From positions 1 to 64,000 of IMG/VR virus record IMGVR_UViG_2600255250_000001: DNA of 64,000 bases. One strand, given 5' to 3'. The notes under the pieces were generated by a model, which was not told where the DNA came from, made no database searches, and saw only the letters and a list, made by a program, of their open reading frames with translations. Positions 56,910-64,000 of this stretch are shown here, piece by piece; the stretch's first letter is position 1, and every line of letters starts with the position of its first letter. The DNA is from a virus (taxonomy: Duplodnaviria; Caudoviricetes). The position numbers and the translations under genes are program-made.

Positions 56910-59353
56910 TTTTCCTACAAACTGCACCCCATTACTGGGCCAAGGGCCTGCCGGCCATTCCGCTGATGAGAGGCGAGAAGCGCCCGGCGATCAATCGCTG
57001 GCAGCTGTTCGCCGACACCAAGCCCTCGGACGAGGAGATGGCGGTCTGGCTCGACCATTTCCCCGATGGCAACATCGGTCTGCCGATGGGTCCGTCCTCG
57101 GGCCTGGTGGCCCTCGACATCGACACTGACGACCCCCAAATCCTCCACGTCCTGAACGGATTGCTGCCGCCCTCGCCATGGGTTCGAGTCGGCAAGAAGG
57201 GCATGGTCAAGATTTTCCGGTTCACCGGTGAGCGGACGTGCCGCATCAAGGGCGCTGACGGTGCCATGATCTGCGAAATCCTGTCCAAGGGCACGCAGAT
57301 CGTGCTGCCGCCCTCGATCCACCCCGAGACCAAGCGGCCCTACACCGCCAACTGCAATCTCTATGACGTGCTCGCGAGCGTGCCGGCGCTTCCGCTTGGC
57401 ATCGAGGATCTGATCCGGGGTTGCCTCCAGGACCTGGGCATCGAGGTCTCGGTCGGCGGCGGCAACAACAAGGTCACGACCTTCGTTCCGGCCGGCGCCC
57501 GCGACAACACCATGGTTTGGCATGCCGGGCTCCTGGCGCGCGCCGTCACTCGCGGCGAGCGTTCACTGCTAGAGGCTCTGGGCGAGATGGAGCATTGGGT
57601 CAATTCGTTCATCGAGAAAGTGATCGGCGATCCTCTGTCGGTCGAGAAGGCTCAGGCCAAGGTCATCGAGTTCCTGGTCCGCGATGTCACCGGCGAGAAG
57701 CGCGTCGGCCTGCCGGTCGGTTGGGACGAGGGATTGACGGAAGAAGATAAGGGGCGGTTAGGCCTCAGTTTCACCGAGGACGACGAGAAGTGGCCCGCCG
57801 ACAAAATCCTGTTGTACCTGGCTGGCGAGTTCGAGCGGTTCTCCGACCACAACTCGGAGGGCAGGATCAACGCCATCAACGTGGCACTCGACAAGGTGGC
57901 TCGCGCCGCCGGCGTCATGAGCATGCTGGACGAAGAGCGGGTGCTGCGGTTCATCACCGGACAGTCAGCGTCGACCATCACAATGGCCACGCTCAAGAAG
58001 ATGATCAATTCGCTTCGTCGGGGTGACATCGCCGGCGAAAACCATCAGGAAATCGCCGCTGCGGTGCTCAAATATGTCGACGAATTTGGCGAACATCGCT
58101 TCGATATGGGTGCTTTTTGGCAGTGGAAGGGCGCATATTGGGACAAAAAGGACCCAAATGAGCTGCTTCGGGTCATTTCCACCGAATTTGGCACGTATCC
58201 GGCCTGCAAACGCTATTCGGACTATGCCGGCGTTCTCAAGGTCATGCAGTCCCTGGCCATGAAGCCTCTGAAGCAGAACCTGCTCAAGGGGCTGAACTTT
58301 GCCAATGGCTTCCTCACCGAGAACTTCGAATTGGTCGCTCACAACCCCGATCAGGGCATGACCTACATCCTGCCGTTCCGATATCTGCCCGATCTCGCCG
58401 GCCACATGCCGATCTTCAACCAATTCCTGGCCGACAGCTGGGGTCACGACCCAGATTACATGGACAAGGTCGCCGCGCTCCAGGAAGCCATTGGTTCTAC
58501 GGTCTTCGGACACGCCACGACCTACCAGCGGGCGGTTTGCCTGTTCGGCGCACCGGGTTCGGGCAAGTCCAGGGTCACAGCCATCTTGCAGGGCCTGCTG
58601 CCGCCGAATGCCGTATCGTCCATTCCGCCTACGGATTGGAACGACAAGTTCATGCCGGCCCAGATGCACTCCAAGGTGCTGAACTTTGCCGGCGAGCTGT
58701 CGGAGAGCAAGTCCATTCCGGGTGACGTGTTCAAGAAGATCGTGACTGGCGAGACGATTTCAGCTCAGCACAAGAACATGCCGTCGTTCGAGTTCCGCCC
58801 GATGTGCGCCCAGTGGTTCTCCTCGAACCACCTTCCCAAGACTCGGGACAGTTCCGATGGCTTCAACCGACGATGGTTGATCCTGGAGTGGAACAAGCGC
58901 GTCGACCCGGCCAAGAAGATTGTCGATCTCGACCAGATCATCCTGGAGCACGAGCGAGAGGCGATCGTTGCCTGGGCGGTCGAAGGCTTCCAGAGACTGG
59001 TCAAGAACAACGAATACACGCTTCCATCCTCTCACCTGGCATGTGCGGACCAAATGGCAACCGACAACAACTCGGTGCGATATTTTTTGGCAAATTGCCC
59101 AGCGATCATCGTCGGAAAGGCGAAGACGCTGGGCCTGTCACTGACACGCATTTCGTTGGGGGAGTTACACGGCGAATATTGGTCTTTCTGCATCGCTATG
59201 GGCATTGCCCAGCGTGTTTCATTGCAGGGTTTTCAGAAAATGATGAAAGAGTTGCAGAGCGTTTTCGAGTTTCACGAGGTTTTAGAGCCGAAGGCTTTGT
59301 CTGCCCCGACAGTTTCGTACGAGTCGATCACTCTTGCGGATCGGAGGAGGTAG
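56906..59353 (+). CDS. bifunctional primase-polymerase / SF3 (D5-like) helicase
   Basis: N-terminal Prim-Pol (NIGL, ALDID, VLPPSIHP); Walker A GAPGSGKS; FKKIVTGE, SSNHLP, RRWLI. Confidence 0.9.
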   Translation: MIFLQTAPHYWAKGLPAIPLMRGEKRPAINRWQLFADTKPSDEEMAVWLDHFPDGNIGLPMGPSSGLVALDIDTDDPQILHVLNGLLPPSPWVRVGKKGMVKIFRFTGERTCRIKGADGAMICEILSKGTQIVLPPSIHPETKRPYTANCNLYDVLASVPALPLGIEDLIRGCLQDLGIEVSVGGGNNKVTTFVPAGARDNTMVWHAGLLARAVTRGERSLLEALGEMEHWVNSFIEKVIGDPLSVEKAQAKVIEFLVRDVTGEKRVGLPVGWDEGLTEEDKGRLGLSFTEDDEKWPADKILLYLAGEFERFSDHNSEGRINAINVALDKVARAAGVMSMLDEERVLRFITGQSASTITMATLKKMINSLRRGDIAGENHQEIAAAVLKYVDEFGEHRFDMGAFWQWKGAYWDKKDPNELLRVISTEFGTYPACKRYSDYAGVLKVMQSLAMKPLKQNLLKGLNFANGFLTENFELVAHNPDQGMTYILPFRYLPDLAGHMPIFNQFLADSWGHDPDYMDKVAALQEAIGSTVFGHATTYQRAVCLFGAPGSGKSRVTAILQGLLPPNAVSSIPPTDWNDKFMPAQMHSKVLNFAGELSESKSIPGDVFKKIVTGETISAQHKNMPSFEFRPMCAQWFSSNHLPKTRDSSDGFNRRWLILEWNKRVDPAKKIVDLDQIILEHEREAIVAWAVEGFQRLVKNNEYTLPSSHLACADQMATDNNSVRYFLANCPAIIVGKAKTLGLSLTRISLGELHGEYWSFCIAMGIAQRVSLQGFQKMMKELQSVFEFHEVLEPKALSAPTVSYESITLADRRR

Positions 59354-59362
59354 TCGTGGTTT

Positions 59363-59629
59363 ATGAAAAAGCATGGTGGGAGTGGGAAAGGGAGTTATAT
59401 CTTGGCGCATCCAAATGAGACACGCTCTAGGCTCTACGCGGTGTTTGCCCATTCGGGCTTGAGCGTCTGCGAATTCACAACGCTTAGTCTATTGGAATTG
59501 GCAAAACTCAATATTGCTCAGCTGGAAGATATGGAGGAAGGTCTAGCTCACCTGAAAGAGCACTTCGCGGTTCTGGACGGGAGCAAAGAGCAGATGAGGT
59601 CCGTCCTGGACATGATCACTGTTCACTAG
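59363..59629 (+). CDS. hypothetical protein
   Basis: 88 aa, GGAGG upstream, followed by terminators. Confidence 0.5.
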   Translation: MKKHGGSGKGSYILAHPNETRSRLYAVFAHSGLSVCEFTTLSLLELAKLNIAQLEDMEEGLAHLKEHFAVLDGSKEQMRSVLDMITVH

Positions 59630-59653
59630 CCAGCTCCTGGACACTATCCCTGA

Positions 59654-59718
59654 AAAGGCTCGCTTCGGTAGAGCCTCTCCCTCAAGAAAGGCTCGCTCAC
59701 GCGGGCCTTTTTCTTTTG
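59654..59718 (+). terminator. tandem hairpins / intrinsic terminator
   Basis: AAAGGCTCGCT occurs twice; the second hairpin is followed by TTTTTCTTTT. Confidence 0.7.
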
Positions 59719-59835
59719 GTGCAGGTTAGCGCCTGAACGGTAATGACAAGACAGTGGAAGGGAAACTCTAGGTTCTGGCGACTGATATCACTCCGATTTT
59801 CAAAATTTTTTCTGGGGTGAGTTTTAGACCATAGA

Positions 59836-59847
59836 GGGCGCTAACCC
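59836..59847. other. candidate 12-nt cohesive end (cos)
   Basis: GGGCGCTAACCC, 8/12 identical to lambda cosN GGGCGGCGACCT; non-coding junction; gpA-like terminase present. Confidence 0.4.
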
Positions 59848-60038
59848 CAGCCAGGGCCATAAAAAGGTGTACTCCTTACTCCAGTTCACCACTGTCCAGC
59901 ATGGTACTCTGTATCTAGGCCTTCGGGTCGGGGCGCGCCGCGCCTGCCTCGCCAGCCTCTCCCCTCGGGGACAGGACACGGGAGAGGTGTGTCGAAAGGA
60001 AACTTTCCCCTGCGGGGGAGAAACGAAGGAAAAGGGAA

Positions 60039-60632
60039 ATGCCCGGCTTTACTCTCACGGCGGTATCCGCCCGCATTCGCAATCTGGACAACGATGTCCA
60101 GTGGAAGCTCTACACGGCGCTGGCCGCTCTGGCCAAGCTTCGTGGCACGAAGAAATCCACCCTTGCCACTATGGTGTTCGGCAAGGACAAGCCTTCCAAG
60201 GCGTTCAACAACGCATGGTCGCTGTCTGCCAAGTTCTTCGCCGCCGGCCTGTCCGACAGCACGAAGAAGGCTATCACTGACCAGCCGATTGACGAGGCGG
60301 TCAATGCCACCCTCGCGGCCCTCGCGGCCCACATGACGGCGCTTGGTGTCAACGGCAAGAACGCTTACGACGCGGTCGCGGAATACACGTCGAAAGACGC
60401 CATTCCCACGGCAGAGGCCGAACCCGAGGCCGCTCCGGAAGAAGCCGAAGTGACTGGCGAGAGCGTTGTCGAGCCCGAGACCGGTGCGCCGGCCGAAGTC
60501 CAAGACGTGGTCGGCAAGGCCAAGGCCTTGATCGAGGGCATGACGATGGATGAAATGAACGCCATCGCCATCTTCCTGAATGATCGCATGGTCGCCATGG
60601 CCACCACTGACACGCAGCAGATGGCCGCCTAG
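60039..60632 (+). CDS. early hypothetical protein (Ala-rich, acidic linker)
   Basis: 197 aa, purine-rich SD region, strongly biased codons. Confidence 0.75.
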   Translation: MPGFTLTAVSARIRNLDNDVQWKLYTALAALAKLRGTKKSTLATMVFGKDKPSKAFNNAWSLSAKFFAAGLSDSTKKAITDQPIDEAVNATLAALAAHMTALGVNGKNAYDAVAEYTSKDAIPTAEAEPEAAPEEAEVTGESVVEPETGAPAEVQDVVGKAKALIEGMTMDEMNAIAIFLNDRMVAMATTDTQQMAA

Positions 60633-60779
60633 GACACATCACACCCTACCTAGGCCTCCCCACCGGGGCCTAGGCGCTGGCTACCCATCTTCTGGCGGGG
60701 TAGCCAGCATTACCTTAGCGCGGAGCCATCCCGGTATCCGCATCGAGCGGGGTTTCGAATTCCCCGCAAGGGGAAAACC

Positions 60780-61259
60780 ATGCCCATACTCAAATCGTTC
60801 TCGGATCTTCCCAAGGTCCATGTACCTCGCATCTTGCCTGATTTGGGAAGCATTGCACTACGTGCTCAGCATCCAGGCGCCCGGCGGGTGTATCCGGCCA
60901 GGCACATCATCGACCCTCACGCCCTGTATCTGAGCGAGGGCACGGTCAATATGGCCAGAACCTGGTCCGAGTTGGGGGAGCACCATCCAAATACCCCCGA
61001 CAGGCTACCCAGCGAGGCGCCACAGCGCCTTCGGCCTCGGGCACAGGGCAAAGGGCCTCGCAACGAGAAACGCCTGTACGCGCCTGTGAATGGGCATGCA
61101 GAGGGTATGAGTGTAATGTTCGTCGATAAGCTCACCGGCCAGGTTCTGGCCCGCTGCGTGGGCTCGCGTGAGCATGTGGTCGGCGAGGCCATCAAGCTCG
61201 CCCTTTCGCAGGGTGGTACGATCACCGATCTCGAAGTACGTCGGGAAACCTCAACCTAG
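60780..61259 (+). CDS. hypothetical protein
   Basis: 159 aa, AAGGGG SD; middle part looks disordered. Confidence 0.45.
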   Translation: MPILKSFSDLPKVHVPRILPDLGSIALRAQHPGARRVYPARHIIDPHALYLSEGTVNMARTWSELGEHHPNTPDRLPSEAPQRLRPRAQGKGPRNEKRLYAPVNGHAEGMSVMFVDKLTGQVLARCVGSREHVVGEAIKLALSQGGTITDLEVRRETST

Positions 61260-61370
61260 GTTGGGGTTTAACAACTAGCCACAGGATTGAGGGCAGGGTG
61301 CGGGCACTGTACACATGTGTCTAGGACCTAGGATTTTGCTGAAATCAGTGCAAACATGAGGAATGCTCAC

Positions 61371-61568
61371 ATGAAGACCAAAATCAGCTCGGGCTTTGCC
61401 CTCCTCGACGTGAAGTCGGGCCGTGACGAATTGAATGCTCACTTCGCGACCGGACCCAAGACGCCAATCCCGGTCACGATCACCGGCTTCACCACTGGCA
61501 TCTGGTCGGACGATGATGGAGTGTCTCGCGAATTCGGGATTGACGTGAGGGAGCTGACCACGGCCTAA
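61371..61568 (+). CDS. hypothetical protein
   Basis: GAGGA SD before ATG 61371; typical codons. Confidence 0.6.
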   Translation: MKTKISSGFALLDVKSGRDELNAHFATGPKTPIPVTITGFTTGIWSDDDGVSREFGIDVRELTTA

Positions 61569-61665
61569 CTGCGGAGTTCCGACCTTGACCTGGTTCTGTA
61601 CCTAAGCGCTTTCAACCGGCGCCATGACATAAATGTGGTTGGCAAAATTAGAGAGACAGTTCCGA

Positions 61666-61772
61666 AGACCTGAGCATGTGGCTAACTGCTCATCAAGCCT
61701 ACAGCACAGGAGCCACTCCATCATGCTCTAAGCATCCCGCGACAGACCTGAGCACGTCTGATTAAACTGCTC
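61666..61772 (+). ncRNA. two copies of a pseudoknot-like RNA motif
   Basis: AGACCTGAGCAtGTggcTAACTGCTC (61666-61691) and cAGACCTGAGCAcGTCTGatTAAACTGCTC (61743-61772). Confidence 0.55.
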
Positions 61773-61861
61773 GTCCCTCATTTACGGCGATCACATCGGC
61801 TGAGGCCGCCCATACCTACTTACCAAGTTGGTGTGATCTCCATAACTGACGGAGTTTGACT

Positions 61862-61969
61862 ATGCGTGGCGTCAACAACCCTGTTGGCAGGGCGAAGCTT
61901 TGGCCAGCTCACGAACTCATCATCCTGATAGGAGTGATCCTCTATGGCCTCGTTGCATCCCTACTATGA
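61862..61969 (+). CDS. 35-aa single-TM peptide (not in ORF track)
   Basis: MRGVNNPVGRAKLWPAHELIILIGVILYGLVASLL*; GGAG SD. Confidence 0.5.
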   Translation: MRGVNNPVGRAKLWPAHELIILIGVILYGLVASLL

Positions 61970-62087
61970 GACCGCTGTTGCCAAACAGCGGCGCGAGTTT
62001 CGCGAAGAGATCACCGCCTTCCTGAAAAAGGTCGAGGTTCAGACCGCAAGGTTGACGGGACACCGGGTGCTCGAAATAATCCAATGA
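61944..62087 (+). CDS. 47-aa hypothetical protein (not in ORF track)
   Basis: MASLHPYYETAVAKQRREFREEITAFLKKVEV...; AGGAG SD; typical codons. Confidence 0.55.
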   Translation: MASLHPYYETAVAKQRREFREEITAFLKKVEVQTARLTGHRVLEIIQ

Positions 62088-62390
62088 TTTCAATGGTTGA
62101 TGGGCTGCGGGGTGTTTAAAATAACTCAATGATTTCAATGGTCACCCTTGCTAAGTAGTTGAAATCGTTGGCCTTTTATACCCTATAGACTCCTCTATAG
62201 TATATTCTCTTTCTTTTTTCTTTCCCCCCTTACACGTTAGGAGAAAAAGGGGTCCAGAGAGAAATATTATACGTTGTACGGTCGGCGTTAAAACCGCCAA
62301 TCCGAACGCTTACACTTTTTCGGTCTATAGGGTCTGGAGGATTTCGGAGCCTTCGATGGGCGAAAAAAACGCGTAGTGTAGAGCGTTCGC
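62074..62390. repeat. origin-like region with direct and inverted repeats
   Basis: AAATAAYYCAATGATTTCAATGGT twice plus an inverted core copy; ACCCTATAGAC inverted pair; pyrimidine and purine tracts; AT-rich. Confidence 0.6.
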
Positions 62391-62435
62391 TCCACAACCG
62401 ACCAGTTGCAGTTCACAATCCGCGAGGTTCTACCC

Positions 62436-62771
62436 ATGCCGCACAACGGCCCGGTGGCTGCCTCCACACGCCTGGCCCTATGCCAAGAGGTCGGACGCCT
62501 TATGGCCTACTACTCGATACCACTCGCCCCGGCCGTGCGCCGGGCTCTCCTCACATTGGAAGGAGAGCCACGGGATAATCATCACAAGGGACCAGTTAGC
62601 GTCATCACCGTCTACCAATGGTTCAAGGCCTCTGGCGTCGTCCCCTACTCAGATACTCACATCACTGATGGAATGACTGAGGCCCAAGTGTCTCTCTTCC
62701 ATGAGCTGATCCAAGTTCCCTCAATCGACCATGACGACGCCTGTCGTCGGGTCAAGGAGTACCTTCCGTGA
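62436..62771 (+). CDS. hypothetical protein
   Basis: GAGG SD before ATG 62436. Confidence 0.5.
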   Translation: MPHNGPVAASTRLALCQEVGRLMAYYSIPLAPAVRRALLTLEGEPRDNHHKGPVSVITVYQWFKASGVVPYSDTHITDGMTEAQVSLFHELIQVPSIDHDDACRRVKEYLP

Positions 62772-62824
62772 AACAGCAACTCATCGAACGATGTTCTCAC
62801 TTCGTTCCAACAGGAGTCAAGGCC

Positions 62825-62944
62825 GTGACCTATTTCCGCCCCACCAATCTCGACACGCCTGACCCGTGGCTGTGGTTCGACCGCTTGGTCCCACTGTTCA
62901 TCATCGCCCTGGCGGTGTTGATCTTGGCATGGAGTTTCGCATGA
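62825..62944 (+). CDS. small membrane protein (not in ORF track)
   Basis: AGGAG SD, GTG start, C-terminal TM LVPLFIIALAVLILAWSFA; may start at 62768. Confidence 0.5.
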   Translation: MTYFRPTNLDTPDPWLWFDRLVPLFIIALAVLILAWSFA

Positions 62945-63135
62945 CCAAGAACGAGGATGCCTTAAACCTGGTCAGGGATTTCGCTGACATGTTCCGCAGC
63001 GGAGCGCAGGGCGCCGAGATGGACTGTGACTCAGCTATGGACCTGGCGCTGTCCATCGACATTCTTGTGGGGAAGAGAGTTAGGGCGCCCGCCAAAGATC
63101 AGCGTCTTTCGCCGCAGCCTCAAACGCCTTCCTGA
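62941..63135 (+). CDS. hypothetical protein
   Basis: GGAG SD, ATGA coupling. Confidence 0.5.
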   Translation: MTKNEDALNLVRDFADMFRSGAQGAEMDCDSAMDLALSIDILVGKRVRAPAKDQRLSPQPQTPS

Positions 63136-63325
63136 CTTCGTCGGCCGAAGCCCTGCCTTCTTCTGCATCAATGCAGGCCTGGACAGCCTTGCGCCATTTG
63201 GCGCCCCGCTTATCCCACTCAAGCAGCTCTTCAGCCGCCACCCGCACGTTGTTCACGCCGCGTGTCAATCCAACCTGCTTCGTCGCGACATAGACGGGAG
63301 GATAGAACCAAAGGCCAGACATCAT
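63080..63325 (-). CDS. DUF982-like protein
   Basis: WFYPPVYV...AAEELLEW...AVQACIDA...ADEVRKAFEAAAKDA resembles the Rhizobiales DUF982 family; AAGGA SD. Confidence 0.7.
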   Translation of the reverse strand: MMSGLWFYPPVYVATKQVGLTRGVNNVRVAAEELLEWDKRGAKWRKAVQACIDAEEGRASADEVRKAFEAAAKDADLWRAP

Positions 63326-63499
63326 GAAAGTCCTTATTGGCGGAACGCCTCTCGAAAGTATGGGATGGCAGGTTGATCTCGACAAGGTTCGCCTCGTCTG
63401 GAGAGAGGGCACCGAGCCGGCCAAGCAGCTGGTCTTCCTCACCAATCTTATCACCTCGGCTCGCGCTGAACGCGACCGCATTATTCAGGAGACATTTGG

Positions 63500-64000
63500 A
63501 TGACCTACACCGGCAAAGACCTGATCCGCTGGGGCCACAAGCCAGGCCCGTTCTTCGGTCCCGCCATCGATGAGGCCAACCGTCTCTCGAAGAAGGGCTA
63601 CAGCGAAGCCTTGATCGAGGAGATGATCCGCCGCCTGGTGCCCACACCCATCCCCGAGATCCAGCTCTACTCGACGAGCCGCCCCTTCGGTGTGTTCCTC
63701 GACGCCACCACCGAGGACGAGATCACCAACAAGGCAGCAGTCCATAAGGCCATGGACGAGTTGATGCGCCTGCCCACCGTGGTGAGCGGCGTGATCATGC
63801 CCGATGCCTGCCCAGCTGGCGTCATCCCGGTCGGTGGCGTCGTCGCCACCAAGGGCGCGATTCATCCTGGCTTCCACTCAGCCGACGTCTGCTGCTCGAT
63901 GGCGATCACCGTCTTCAAGCGCAACGATGACCCGAAGCGGCTGCTCGATGCAGCATTCGGCATCACCCACTTCGGCCCGTCACCCAAACAGAGCCGATAC
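63500..64000 (+). CDS. rtcB: RtcB-family RNA ligase (truncated by window end)
   Basis: Open frame from ATG 63500 (AGGAG SD): MPDACPAG.IPVGGVV...IHPGFHSADVCCS...THFG. Confidence 0.85.
   Translation, partial: MTYTGKDLIRWGHKPGPFFGPAIDEANRLSKKGYSEALIEEMIRRLVPTPIPEIQLYSTSRPFGVFLDATTEDEITNKAAVHKAMDELMRLPTVVSGVIMPDACPAGVIPVGGVVATKGAIHPGFHSADVCCSMAITVFKRNDDPKRLLDAAFGITHFGPSPKQSRY

Noticed and set aside
59603-59652. Short imperfect repeat TCCTGGACAnnATCnCTG twice
   Set aside because: Only two short copies at a gene end; likely a local duplication with no evident function.
60718-60770. GGGGTTTCGAATTCCCC resembling a tRNA T-arm
   Set aside because: The loop is too long and no acceptor, D or anticodon arms can be built.
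1-64000. Prophage or lysogeny module; stop-codon reassignment
   Set aside because: No integrase, CI-like repressor or host flanks were seen. Genes end normally at TAA, TAG and TGA with dense standard-code coding.

Overview
This is a 64-kb segment of a tailed dsDNA phage (siphovirus-type, lambda-like tail tip, gpA-like terminase). The host is probably an alphaproteobacterium (Rhizobiales-type DUF982 gene, B12-dependent NrdJ). No integrase, tRNA, rRNA or CRISPR array was found. Layout: (i) 1-22.3 kb, + strand replication and nucleotide-metabolism module: SF2 helicase, putative SSB, 5'-3' exonuclease, PolA, ligase, ThyX, RecU-like resolvase, DEDD exonuclease, SbcCD-like pair, HD / dATP-dGTP diphosphohydrolase-like / MazG cluster, NrdJ. 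(ii) 22.3-56.4 kb, - strand lysis, tail, head and packaging module. (iii) 56.4-59.6 kb, primase-helicase. (iv) 59.7-64 kb, early region with a candidate cos site, structured intergenic sequences, an origin-like palindromic region and a 3'-truncated RtcB. Most notable: nine free-standing HNH loci, three of them internally deleted but keeping their termini and translational coupling; a nucleotide-pool hydrolase cluster plus a PolA with altered dNTP-binding motifs but no purZ; tandem pseudoknot-like RNA motifs; a shared motif directly before SD-less tail genes; and an SGNH-esterase fibre gene inside the head module. All calls come from reading motifs by eye; no database searches were run.
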